DNA of 64,000 bases from Octopus bimaculoides (taxonomy: Eukaryota). The notes under the pieces were generated by a model that searched no databases, had not been told where the DNA came from, and saw only the letters and a program-made list of their open reading frames with translations. The position numbers were made by a program, and so were the translations under genes. Location of the stretch: NCBI RefSeq assembly GCF_001194135.2, contig NC_068982.1, forward strand, positions 171,527,122 to 171,591,121, in the 5' to 3' direction. How positions within the stretch are numbered: position 1 is the stretch's first letter; the number at the start of each line of letters is the position of its first letter. Below are positions 1 through 12,887 of this stretch, in pieces.

Positions 1-106
1 CTCTAGGTACAAGGCCTGAAATTTTGGAGGAAGGGGTTAGTCGATTAAATCGACGCCGCTAAGCATTTCGCCCGGCGTGCTAACGTTTCTACCAGCTCAC
101 CGCCTT
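1..106 (-). mobile_element. tRNA-derived SINE, family A, internally deleted copy
   Basis: Reverse complement reads aaggcggtgagctggtagaaacgttagcacgccgggcgaaatgcttagcggc, then directly gtcgatttaatcgactaaccccttcctccaaaatttcaggccttgtacctagag. Head and tail match the copies at 42111-42562, but the central ~120 bp is missing. Confidence 0.8.
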
Positions 107-336
107 GATATTCAACAGTATTAGTAGCTGAATGATAACGTAACACATTGACGACTTCGCTGTAAAATGTTATTCTGTTTTGATTTTTACACCAATGTCC
201 ATTGAAATGGTTTCTTCTCAACAAATAGTGGACACTGTCTGGAAAATGAACGCGCTAAAAATACTATCAAGAATATGCAGGCTATTAGAGTTACTGTTAA
301 TAAGAAGATAAATAATGCTATACACTGTCACATATG

Positions 337-720
337 TTGTTGGCACTCTGTCGCTTACGACGCCGAGTGTTCCAGTTGATCCGATCAACGGAACAGCCTG
401 CTAGTGAAATTAACGTGTAAGTGGTTGAGCACTCCACAGACACGTGTACCCTTAACGTAGTTCTCGGGGATATTCAGCGTGACACAGTGTGACAAGGCTG
501 ACCCTTTTGAATTACAGGCACAACAGAAACAGGAAGTAAGAGCGAGAGAAAGTTGTGGTGAGAGAATACAGCAGGGTTCGCCACCATCCCCTGCCGGAGC
601 CTCGTTGAGTATTAGGTGTTTTCGCTCAATAAGCACTCACAACGCCCGGTCTGGGAATCGAAACCGCAATCCTATGACAGCGAGTCCGCTGCCCTAACCA
701 CTGGGCCATTGCGCCTCCAC
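337..720 (-). mobile_element. Full-length tRNA-derived SINE, family C, with target-site duplication
   Basis: Minus strand starts gtggaggcgcaatggcccagtggttaggg (A box), has ggtttcgattccc (B box) and ends in a (caa)n tail. TSD is actgtcacatatg (324-336) / actgtcatatatg (721-733). A closely similar copy lies at 24500-24867. Confidence 0.9.
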
Positions 721-2645
721 ACTGTCATATATGATGTACATTATATATTTATACAAAACTATAAAAATAAACATTGAAAAGTAAAACGAAGAAAGCCTCC
801 ACGTAAACACTCGAGAAAAGAAGTGAACTTAAACCTCACAATCGTAAAATCACAAAATAATATCGGAAGGTTAGAGTCACACAAATCTACCAAAGCTGGT
901 GGTAAATTCAAATACATTTATCTTTCTAATAACACCATGTATTTGTTGGAGTCTTTGGCGGATTTACTTTATTTCAATCATTCGAACTAGGCGCCATGGT
1001 ATCTCCTCATTCAGTATCAACATGAACCACGTCTATCCTTCAGAAGTGATATGTAATATCATTTTTTAGCTCGACTAATAAAAAATGAATACATATCTCA
1101 TTTATTTTAGGGATCACACACACACATGACTAAAATGGATTGTTCCCGTTGGGATCTGAACTCCGATATAAATGTACGTAACCAAATATTACAGTTCATT
1201 TAGTGCGATGCTGAAATGTTTTTTACTATGCCTTAGCCTGCTGCATATTAATAATTGTAATTCCATACATAAATACGAAACTTCAGATTCATAGCGGTGA
1301 ACTAGCTGAAAAGGATACAATATAGCGCTCATGCCTTTCAAAGATATGTGTTCGAGTGTGCGTATGTGTGTGTGTGCGTGCGTATGTGTATCTGTGTGCG
1401 TGTCTTTGTGTGCGTGCGTGTTTATTTCTGTGTGTGACAGTTAGGTGGGGGAAACAGCGCGCATACACATCTTTATTCCGAACATGTTTGTGGGTTGTTG
1501 GTAGGAATAACTTAAACGAATTTTGAATAGTTTGAATAAGCTCGGAATAAACTACCCGTGTACGATAATCTTGAATAGTTCGACATTTTATTTCGATATA
1601 GGGTGGTCGTATATAGAATGAATGAACGAGCAGCCATGAAAAGTTTTTATCTGTTTTATTTTTTACCTGTTCTTTTTCTTTTTGGATGTGGGTGCAGGGT
1701 GGATGGAGCGGGTTTCAATATAACGCGAAGAGAGTTTTTTATGTATCGACTTCATTCAGATGTCATGGCTGATATATTCACTTGGTAATGTTGTTAGAGG
1801 TGAAAGGTGATTGTTTTGAGTACGTAAGGAGAAGAATAGTGTAATACTTGCATGTTGCCTATATAATTACGCACGCGTTATATTCCATGTGTGGCGCTAA
1901 CATGTCGTGATTGCTTAGTTAACCTTTGCTCACACATAACACACAAACAACACAAGTTTACACATATACACATACATAAATATATATTTATATATATGTC
2001 AGTGTGTGTGTATACATGTACTCGAATACATGTTAGTATGCATGCAACTGTGTACATATGCTTGTATGGTTACATGTAATGCATGCATGTAACATGAATA
2101 TATGTGGGTGTGCGTATGTGGACATACATACGTGCGTACATACAGGCATACATATGAACATGCAGTCATATATAGTGTTAAAGCTAGTCTGGTATAAAGA
2201 TTTTTTGTTACTATTCAGAAATTTGGACACCGTGATCTTCAGTCCACTTTACCAAAGGTGCTGAACCAAGACACAAGACAACGGTGTCTCAGCTGGTGAG
2301 TGTCGCAAATGCTGCTCTATCTCTTGCTTTCAATAGAAATGGTAAATCATTCATTACCGTGAAACCATGTTACAGAATTAGCAATAGGCACTAAATAAAT
2401 ATTTAGCGAATATATTTTATATAATTTCCATATACAAATTCAACCAACTGAGTTATTATCATGAAGTTAAAATATAAGTGACGAGTATTCCACACGCTCA
2501 AACATATATACAGAGAAAGAGAGAGAGAGATAAGTGGCGGGTTTCTAAACAGTTTCCTTCTACCACATTTCACTCACAATATATTATCAAATTCGAGACT
2601 ACGATACAAGACACTTATTGCCTAAAACCCAGAATCCGTACGTAC

Positions 2646-2683
<38 letters not shown>

Positions 2684-2710
2684 GTGTGAAGAGTAAAAAT
2701 TTGCCAGCAA

Positions 2711-2785
2711 GCGGCTACAGGGAGTCGAATCCTCTGCCTCTCAGATACCAGCTGAGTGTGCTGTACTCTTCAGCTTTGCGGTACA
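2711..2785 (-). other. Degenerate tRNA-like sequence (SINE head or tRNA pseudogene)
   Basis: Reverse complement gives agctgaagagtacagcac-ctcag-ctggtat-ctgag-aggcagaggattcgactccctg-tagccgc, i.e. an anticodon stem-loop, variable loop and T-arm/B box. Confidence 0.55.
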
Positions 2786-2963
2786 TGTAACCGCCTACTG
2801 GCAACAGTCTCCCGTCTTCTCAGGCCTTTTATTCAGTTTTCTAGGCTGTTTACACAGCTATCCCATTTATTTTCTGTAAAGTATAAAGTTTGTTTATAAA
2901 AAAATGTTTCCACATTCCAAAAATCTATTATTTAGCCTTAAGATAGACAATAGTTGTTGTCAC

Positions 2964-3028
2964 GGGCCGCTTGGCTAAATGGTACAGAGCACTCATCCGG
3001 TATATGAGAGGTACAGGGTTCGAAATTT
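2964..3028 (+). other. Degenerate tRNA-like sequence (SINE head or tRNA pseudogene)
   Basis: ggccgcttggctaaatggtacagagca-ctcat-ccggtat-atgag-aggtacagggttcgaa, with A box tggctaaatgg and B box ggttcgaa. Homologous to 2711-2785 in the opposite orientation. Confidence 0.55.
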
Positions 3029-3048
3029 GCTTTATTTTCTGTAATGTG

Positions 3049-3079
<31 letters not shown>

Positions 3080-3089
3080 ATGCATGTAA

Positions 3090-4170
3090 GTATGTAGCTT
3101 TCTAGTGAACCTGTTGCCGGTCAGCACCTGCAGAAAAGGTATGAGCAGGCAGAAGATTTCAGAGGGGTGATGTTTTGAGGAGAAAGGATTCAGCATAACA
3201 TTTGTACGTTGCCGGGTGGAGGCGTGAATGCAACAAAGGTGACGGCGGACGGAAGCGAACATACGAGTAAGTTATGTTTGCCTAAGTTATGCAGGTACGA
3301 ATCAAACCTGGTCTGGATCGCAGGGACAATTAGTGATTGAGATATCTGTGAAAAGTGAAACGTCTTATGAGAGCGATTGAAATGTCAAAGACCTAGACCT
3401 AGCCTGTGACGTAGAGGCTACAGTGTGTCCAATAAAGATTGGATGCCAATCACTCACAAAGTACTTTTCCATGTGGTGTGTAAGCTTCGTGTGTTAATGC
3501 AGGATTTGGGAAAATTTAGGAAAATTCAGGAGAAATGAAGATTCGTGCCATCTGCATAATATTGAGTGTTATTGGATATGACGGCATGAAGATCATCGAT
3601 GTATAGAAAACTAGAGGACTCAAGATTTGATCGAGAGTCCACACATGCCACGATGGTAAGATCTAATAAGAAGTCACCGATTTAAGAGATGCAAGGTGTA
3701 GGAAGCTGTAGATAATATCTTGAGCGGAGATATGCAACCCGGAACGTTTTACTGATGTCTAGGGTTGAACATCTTACTGATGTCTAGGGTAACAACACTG
3801 ATTATGCCGAAATCCTCTAAATGGAGGGCCCATTGAACGGTAACATAATAACGTAGGTCTCCAGTATATCTGACTCTGTAAAAGCTGTAGTGATGGTCAC
3901 GGATGTGAGAGAGGGAGAATGGGAGAGAGAGAGAGAGTGAAAGAAAGTGATAGAGAAAGAAATTCGTAATAATGGAGAACAGCATTATTAATGGTTGTCG
4001 CCATAATCGTGAAGATATTAAAATCCAGAGCAACAGGGCGAGAGTTCTTCCGGTCAGAAGTTGCCTTTCTTTGAAATGAAATATCCAGTGAAGCATGCTT
4101 CCAAATGTCAAGGTATATCTCTCAAGAGAATAAGAGATTAATGAGTTTGGCGAGTATAGTAGTAAATTCT
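3090..4170 (-). mobile_element. Degenerate non-LTR retrotransposon RT fragment (CR1/Jockey-like)
   Basis: Minus-strand translations give NSRPVAL, HYSFYRVRYTGDL...VVTLDISKMF (cf. QYGFR..RSTGDL..ALDISKAFD) and QYYADGTNLHFS (cf. YADD) near 3540-3567. There are many stops and frameshifts, and a GA tract interrupts it. Confidence 0.8.
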
Positions 4171-4206
4171 AGGTGGCAGTATTTTAAGCGCACGCACGCA
4201 CACTCA

Positions 4207-4271
<65 letters not shown>

Positions 4272-5132
4272 ACGCACGAACAAACACACAAATACACATA
4301 CACCACACCAACACACAAACACACACACATACCACAAACAAACACAGACATTCACATGCACACACACACACACACACACACAGAGTCACACATATATATT
4401 GTGTTACAGATACTGAAAAATTGAGCCACTTGTTTGTTAAATTTGCCTATGAAATTTTTAGTTTGTAAGTGGCATGTACGCCCGTTTGTATAGTCTCCTA
4501 TTAAATTTCATTCACAATGTATTGTTCAAACCCAGATTATGACAGAAATCATTTGCCTTGTTACCAGGAACATGTTGGTAAAGCAAGCTTCATCCTGTTT
4601 CTATGCTTCGCAACGATACCTCTTGGGATTACAACAGGAGATGTGTCCCCATCTAACTCATGAATCAACAAGTAGTGGCAGACACATCTTGTCGATCCTG
4701 TAAACTAATCACTCTCTTTTTATGTGTGTGGAGGTGGAGAGAAATGATTTACTGCAGCTCTCTCTTTCTCTCTCTCTCCCCTAACTTATTACTCTTTATT
4801 TCCCACATAATTTTGTTCTCTACTTTTTAATTTACAATTACTTTCGGGATCAGTAAAATTCGGTAAATAGTAAGATTTCAAACAGGCGAGATTTAATACA
4901 TCAACGTGGACAAACCCAACGTTGTTGGATTAGTAAACGACGTTATATTTGTCCGGGTTGATGCCACAACCTGAAGGTTGTGGATTATATTTTATGGCGT
5001 AATCTATTAATGCATCAATAGAATTGTAACGAAACTGCTGTCGTAAATTTTAAACGCCATTTGTATTTTCTCTCTTTTTCTCTTTCTCTCTGTGTATGTG
5101 TTTGTGTGTGTGTGTGTGTGTGNNNNNNNNNN

Positions 5133-5175
<43 letters not shown>

Positions 5176-5565
5176 TATATAATGATCCTATTGCATGTTA
5201 CTAGAAAATACATCGAGCCACCGAAAACTTTGTATTATGCTTCGTACTCCATTACATTACGTTAGCATGCTTTAATGCACGAATTGTCTCTTATCGTCTG
5301 ACCAGCGTTTCTTTGTTGAGACAACCATTCTTATTTAGTTTCTTTTAGATGATCATGTAAAATGCCATGTGGCAGAGTATGCAATATCTGTTCTGTTTGT
5401 ACATTACAGAAGTCTCTCGTGCTGATCTGTCAATAAAGAGCACAGACAAAAGCACACGTACTCCTGTAGTACATTATTACGTAAAGAATCGCAATCCCTT
5501 TTTTCAAAGGGAGTAAACAATTCATGAGTATTGGAAGCTTGATAAATGGTGTAAATAAGTATAAA

Positions 5566-6035
5566 TAGAGGCGCAGGCTTCGATGTCGAATTAAGAAGTT
5601 TTGTCTCATTGTGCTGCACCGAGTGTCTTCTACTACAACCTCGGACCAACCAATGCTTTGTGAACGAATTCGTTGGACAGAAGTTGTGCAAAAACCTATC
5701 GTAAACGTGTGTGTGTGTGTATCTCTGCATTACTGCTTTTCCTTGTTTGCGTACCACCTCTTGACAGCTGGTGACTGGTTCGCTGACGTCTCCGTAACCT
5801 AACAGTTCGCCATAAAGAATGAGCTAGTCTTCCCTCACTTACAGCAGAAGTCTTGCGTTATTATGTGTTTATTTAGCTATTAACAAGCGGAAGGTTTAAG
5901 ATTAATGATTGGGATGTGGTTAACCACAAGAACATAACCTCTGTCTTACGTCCTACGCTATCACATACTGCCAACTTGCTGTGTACTTTAAGAGGATTAA
6001 ACTGAGCTATAATAAGCATAGCCGCTTTCCAATGA
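5566..6035 (+). mobile_element. Degenerate CORE-type SINE (family B), interrupted by a 182-bp insertion
   Basis: gaggcgcagg head followed by gagtgtcttctactacaacctcggaccaaccaatgctttgtgaacgaattc, an internal (GT)n and gttcgccataaaga. Homology to 18905-19334 resumes at 6011 (aataagcatagccgctt ~ aataagtactaggctt). Confidence 0.65.
5829..6010 (+). repeat. 182-bp direct repeat, copy 1 (identical to 6836-7017)
   Basis: Base-by-base identical from cttccctcacttacag to aaactgagctat; offset 1007 bp. Confidence 0.95.
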
Positions 6036-6835
6036 TTGTGACTAGTAAAAGTATATATGAATAAAATGATTTAAAAGAAAAATAATTGAGACATTATAGA
6101 CCTACATTCGTTTAAAGTACTGTAATCACCGAAGTGTAAATTACTAAATTTACTCTTTTGTGTAAATACTAATAGTTAGAATTTAGCAGAATCGTTAGTG
6201 CGGTACACAGACGCTGTGAACAATTAATTTTGTTTCTTGCGTATTTGATTCATATCCCATCGTCTTTGCTATTTATCTTCCCGAGTTTATCAACTAATTA
6301 CCAATCAATTACATGAGAACAATACAATGGAATTTGTTACCCGTTCGTGAAATCGTGTGACATTGTGCTTACTATGGAGAGCAGTACTTATGTAAATGCC
6401 TACGTTTTAATACTATTTCCTGTTTTGCAATGAGAATGATTGTATTACCGCTAGTCTATATAAGTGTATTATCAAATAAAGTACCATATTTGCAGACAAA
6501 ATCGCCCCAAATGCAGTTTTCTCGTTTATTTTATGCTTCTTTTCAAAACGAGTGTAATATGTTAACAAACGGAAAAGTTCTGCGAGAAGTATTAGCAAAA
6601 GCGATTAAAAAACAGATAATAAATAACTATATAAATCAATTTAATTACATGCATTCCGTTGGGTAAGAAAACGTACATATTTGCAGGCCACATATTTTAT
6701 CTTCAGATATCCAGAATAATTTTCAAAAGATAAAAAGTGTATCGAAGGTAAAAAACAAAAAAAAATCCTTAATTTATTTTGCTGCAGAAAAATACAAAAC
6801 AAAAAAATATCGTTTACTCTGTTAATAATAGCCGC

Positions 6836-7017
6836 CTTCCCTCACTTACAGCAGAAGTCTTGCGTTATTATGTGTTTATTTAGCTATTAACAAGCGGAAG
6901 GTTTAAGATTAATGATTGGGATGTGGTTAACCACAAGAACATAACCTCTGTCTTACGTCCTACGCTATCACATACTGCCAACTTGCTGTGTACTTTAAGA
7001 GGATTAAACTGAGCTAT
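6836..7017 (+). repeat. 182-bp direct repeat, copy 2
   Basis: Identical to 5829-6010. Confidence 0.95.
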
Positions 7018-7184
7018 GGTGCTATTGTTGATCGTCTGCTGATGGTAATAGATGCGTATAGTAATGGTGCAGATAATATAAAAACGGTTACACAAGCAGT
7101 GTGAACGTGTGTGTGCGGGTGTGCATTTGTAAATGTGTGTGAGAGTGTGTGTTTGTACAGATATATACATATGTATTTATATAT

Positions 7185-7228
<44 letters not shown>

Positions 7229-7334
7229 CACACAGAAATGCATGCATACTTAAACATACATACACATATATATACACATATACAAGTATGTATATATGTA
7301 TGTGTGTGTGTATATGTATGTATATTGACACAGA

Positions 7335-7394
<60 letters not shown>

Positions 7395-8204
7395 AAGATG
7401 GGGAGACCGTTAATATATTTTCTCGTTTCCCCTATTTCCGCTTCTATAATGTGTAATGTGCGTTCTCTCTAGCAGTTTCTTTTCCTTCAGCCTAACCCCC
7501 TAACTTCTCCTCTCCACTCGCTAACCATTAGCGGGCAACCCAACCCGAGACTCTCCCCTACCTCTAATCTAGGAAACCACCCCGACACCCTCAACTACCG
7601 CAAGAACCATACAATAAATAATTCAAGATGTCAGCAAAAGAGTTATAAAGTTTTCCTCTAATTGGATATGATTAAAACTGGTTTCTAATGTTGGTACATG
7701 TGTGCTGAATGTATGTATACGTGTGTATATGACAGTGTGAATGTATGTGTGTATGTGTTCATGCGTAAGTATACCTGTCTGCGTTGTGCCTGTTGTATTT
7801 ATGTGAATATGTTGCATGTGGTAAATGCGTGCTTTTGTATGTGTTCGTGTGTGAATGTGTGGTACATGAAATAGTGTGATGTGTTTGTATATGTGTTACT
7901 TTATGGGAGTTTGTTTTCGGGTAAGACTGATAGTTTTGTGCCTTTGTGTGCGATTGCGGGTGCGTATGTGTGTATATCTGTGTGTATGTGTGCGCGCGCA
8001 CGTGAATGACCAAATTGTGGCACTATACGTATGTGTTTTTATGTGAGTATGGGCGTGTACGTGTGTTTGTAAAAGTGTGGTTGTGTATATGTCTGCATGG
8101 CTATTTCTATTCATGGTCGATCATGTTTGCGTCTACATACTGCGTGCTCAAAAACATGTATACTCACTTTAACAGCTGATAACTGACTCCAATTTAATTT
8201 CTTT

Positions 8205-9350
8205 TCAGATTTAACCTATTAAAAATAATGAAGGGTGCCTGGCAGCTTTGAACAAAGGAAATTTCTTTCAAAGTGCTGCAGAAATTTTGAAGACGTATTT
8301 GAAGTGCACAGATAGTTTACGATGCAGTTTCAAATAGACTGACCTACACCACTTACCATTAGTCAAACTAGAGGTAAGTTTGAAGAAGATGTAACTGTTC
8401 AGAACGTTCACAAAGAGGAAGATATTGTCAAGCCCGACAAAGCAAGAAAGGATCTAGTAATGGATTACCAAGGTTCAAAGAAATCTGCTTTGCAAGCAAG
8501 TCGTGAGATAGGAATTCCAAATTTCAGTGTCTATCACATCATTAGACTGTCATTAGAAATGTTGCATTCCAAAAAAACCCATGCTCTCAAAGAGGATGAT
8601 CCTAATCGAAGATCGGGTTTTGCGTGTTCTTCATCCCAAGATGTTTAGAAGGTGCATGCTTTATAAAAAAAATTGTTTGGAGTGATAAGGCTGCATCTGA
8701 ATTAACTTGTATAATTAATCGCCACATTTGCACGTGCTGGAGACCTTAGAATCCGCATATTAGGAAGGAACCGAGTGTTAATTCATATTTTTATACCGCT
8801 TTTCACCAAAAGGACTAACTGGAACAGGGATACGGTGACAAATACCATTCACTTGTACTTGCTACGAAAATGTCATGCTAAGCATTCAAGATGACTTTGA
8901 AGATGTGGGGTTTTATTTCCAGTAAAGATGGCGCATTCATGCACAACCATAATTATGTAGGGCCGACCTTCATGAAATTTTGGTTAACAAGAGGATTGGG
9001 CGAAGAGGTTCAGTAGAATATATTCCGCGTTCATCGACCGCAGACCACTAAATTGTTATGGAGATATTTAAACGATAAATTTTTTATGCTAAATCGGCAA
9101 CAGTCGATGCATTGAGAACAAACATTGAACGAGAATGCACACGAAAACTGACCGACATATTTCTTGACGCCCCTGATTCAATTTCTTCACGTTTTCAGCA
9201 GTGCGTGACAATAACGAACGGTCATCAGTTTGGAAACAGGCATTCAGGAAAAATGAAATTCTCTCTGTCAATTGTATTAAATTTTGAAAATGAAAATTAT
9301 CTTTTTAATCCCTGACTTATATTTTACATATATTAAGGACAACCGATATA
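8205..9350 (+). mobile_element. Decayed Tc1/mariner-superfamily transposase (DUF4817-type N-terminus plus DDE/D relic)
   Basis: Fragments read PTPLTISQTRGKFEEDVTVQNVHK, SALQASREIGIPNFSVYHII, IVWSDKAA (cf. FSDEA), FQxDGA, IGRRGSVEYIPRS (cf. WIGR..WPPRSPDL) and LWRYLNDK..AKSATVDALRTNIEREC. Multiple stops and frameshifts; no 5' TIR found. Confidence 0.8.
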
Positions 9351-9398
9351 TGTTGATGTGCTAGTTTTTATGTTTCGTTCCGAATGTGGGAAATAATG

Positions 9399-9452
<54 letters not shown>

Positions 9453-12400
9453 AGTCCACGTGCAGTATTAGTGTTTGAACGATTGTGTATGCATATATGT
9501 ATATGTGCTTATATAATGGAGTATTTTCATGTATGTTAGCAAGTACTGATGCGTTCATGTGGGCACATACCCATCTGCGTATATGTGTATATATTTTGTC
9601 ATTATTCGATATACGTTCGTGTATGTATATAGCGTGACATCTTGGAACTTTGATTATTTTTCTTTATACTTGGCTACATGTGCACTTACACCTTGTAGCT
9701 GAAATTGAGTAGACAGATATTTGAACGATCAGATGTGTGTTTTCTTACCTATGAATGTCAAAGAATTGGCAGTGTGGGTCACAAACTGCCCACTGCAAAT
9801 ATATGCGCTACGTAATGTATGGAATGCTCTTAAGTTTATACACAACTTGTGTATATGTGTGTACGAACACATACCTTTGTGTTTATTTAATTTTTTTGTG
9901 GGCGTGTTTAATATTTGTTGTCAATTATTATAAATCACTTCACGCTGACATCGCTGGATGTGAAAACCGCAATTGTCAATGGATATTTGAAGTTTCAGGG
10001 AGCAGAAGACATGTTAAATAAGTGACGCATCACATTTTGAATGAAATGAACGGTGCATTATTTTTGACGCACACTCATACCATAATTTTAGACGATTATA
10101 TATATTTTTTTAATGTTAAACATGTAAGAGTGATTTGAAACATTATGGAATGTAACTCCGTTCATAATAGACTACATGATAATAGTGAATTCATCCTCAT
10201 GTTTTTCCTTCGTGTAGTGTAGTTGGTTCGTGATGTTTTCCTCCTGAGTTGTATTTTCGCATTGCGGTGATTGTCTGTAGATGACCCTATATTTTAGTTT
10301 AGTCTGTTCTCAAATTACTTTTCTCTTAGATTAATGCAAGAAAAAATACAGGATTGCTTTTTTTTTTTTTTCTAGTGATCTGACACATAATATAATCACT
10401 CATGTCCTTATGGTCGTGATAAGAGAAGAAAAAAGAAGATAACAATCTAATTCAATTACTACAAAACCATATGACTCACTAAACCTATTATCCGGAATTT
10501 CTCCATATCAGGCGAGACGTTGGATCTGCATTCGGAATGTTTTCCGAAGTGTAGGCACGGGCAAATCTTTTTATGAAAGAGCAACAATCGTCATGCAAGC
10601 AAGTCTCGCGTCGCCACCAAAGAAACAAAGAGCCCAAACAAAAATTGTAATTCATTCCGACCGACTTTCTAACAATTTAAGTCAATTCCAACCCTTGGGT
10701 TTTAAAGGGTAAACTGCAAAGGCAAACTGAGCCTACCGTGATTTGAATTCAAAATGCATAGCGAGAGATGGAGGTGGCACATATACCCAAGATATTCTGA
10801 CTGATGCTCCAACAGATCTACGGAGCCTACTACAGTAATTTTATTCCAGATAACATTTTTTGTAATACACATAAATCTAGAGTACTCATGTAGAAATCAA
10901 TTCTCTGACTTTCCTATAACTGATCGTCGTTATTACAACATACTAACATAAATAATGAACAAAGCAAAAATGCTTTCCCCAGCTTAAGAACTGCAACAGA
11001 CATAATTATAAAATACGATACTAATTACTTGTAATAGTCAACGTAAAAGCATCTATGGATATCAAACACGTTATGTCAAAGTCTCATAGAGTGATAAGAA
11101 CGCTCAAATTAAAGAAATGAACGCACGCAACACAAAATAAAATTGAAGGAATAGCAGCGGACACGTAACATCAAACGTCACAATTTCCTTCCAAGTGGCT
11201 TGCACAAATAGAACTTTAACGAGAAAACACTTTTCCAAATAATCTGTCAGCAAATTCGGATTTCAAAACCGACCACCACTTTCTTCTCCTTCTGCCATTT
11301 TCTAGATATAGACGGTCAAGTACCTCAAACTATGCGTGAAATATATAAGAATCTATCACACACACGCGCGCGCTCACGCATACATGCACATAGAGACGTA
11401 GACAAAGAGAAGGGGGAAATGTACTAGGAATTGTCAACATCACCTCATCAGTCCAAGTAGACAGAATCAGGAAAACGACGAACAAATACACTAAAAGCGC
11501 TCTCAATCCTAAAACTAGTAGACAAGGAATCCGTGACATACTTCATAGAATGAACGTAACTTGTATGTTCATAATTTGATCACATACTACACTCACATTC
11601 ATCCAGCAGTTATACCAACTACTAGAGTTAACAGCCAAATCGCCATCCCAAAAGGGGAGAGCAATAAAGTGGACAGAGCTCTAGCTGCCTATTCAGGACT
11701 CACTAAATACATCAATATACACACCATTCTCTGTTCTGCCTATGTAAATGGTATGTTCTTGAGGAAGGCAGAGGTATAACATATTGTGAGACATGGAGAT
11801 ATGTGTCTAAACTATAGGTAATCAACAGATTTCCAGATATCAGCGATCTTTTCTACTGATGCTACAAAATAATGTAACTATGGAGATATCACCAATCTCA
11901 TCAATATATAAAAACTTGCATGATTATATATATATATATATATATATNNNNNNNNNNNNNNNNNNNNNNNNNNNNNNNNNNNNNNNNNNNNNNNNNNNNN
12001 NNNNNNNNNNNNNNNNNNNNNNNNNNNNNNNNNNNNNNNNNNNNNNNNNNNNNNNNNNNNNNNNNNNNNNNNNNNNNNNNNNNNNNNNNNNNNNNNNNNN
12101 NNNNNNNNNNNNNNNNNNNNNNNNNNNNNNNNNNNNNNNNNNNNNNNNNNNNNNNNNNNNNNNNNNNNNNNNNNNNNNNNNNNNNNNNNNNNNNNNNNNN
12201 NNNNNNNNNNNNNNNNNNNNNNNNNNNNNNNNNNNNNNNNNNNNNNNNNNNNNNNNNNNNNNNNNNNNNNNNNNNNNNNNNNNNNNNNNNNNNNNNNNNN
12301 NNNNNNNNNNNNNNNNNNNNNNNNNNNNNNNNNNNNNNNNNNNNNNNNNNNNNNNNNNNNNNNNNNNNNNNNNNNNNNNNNNNNNNNNNNNNNNNNNNNN

Positions 12401-12887
12401 NNNNNNNNNNNNNNNNNNNNNNNNNNNNNNNNNNNNNNNNNNNNNNNNNNNNNNNNNNNNNNNNNNNNNNNNNNNNNNNNNNNNNNNNNNNNNNNNNNNN
12501 NNNNNNNNNNNNNNNNNNNNNNNNNNNNNNNNNNNNNNNNNNNNNNNNNNNNNNNNNNNNNNNNNNNNNNNNNNNNNNNNNNNNNNNNNNNNNNNNNNNN
12601 NNNNNNNNNNNNNNNNNNNNNNNNNNNNNNNNNNNNNNNNNNNNNNNNNNNNNNNNNNNNNNNNNNNNNNNNNNNNNNNNNNNNNNNNNNNNNNNNNNNN
12701 NNNNNNNNNNNNNNNNNNNNNNNNNNNNNNNNNNNNNNNNNNNNNNNNNNNNNNNNNNNNNNNNNNNNNNNNNNNNNNNNNNNNNNNNNNNNNNNNNNNN
12801 NNNNNNNNNNNNNNNNNNNNNNNNNNNNNNNNNNNNNNNNNNNNNNNNNNNNNNNNNNNNNNNNNNNNNNNNNNNNNNNNNNNNNCC

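Noticed and set aside
337-720. Functional tRNA genes at SINE heads (also 18905, 54271, 61411)
   Set aside because: A/B boxes are present, but there is no complete cloverleaf and they continue into SINE bodies.
5410-5480. Possible plus-strand exon EVSRADLSIKSTDK...
   Set aside because: Splice sites are only moderate, there is no homology, and no partner exons were found.
5829-7017. LTR/TRIM element
   Set aside because: There are no TG..CA termini, PBS/PPT or external TSD. Copy 1 is better explained as an insertion into a SINE.
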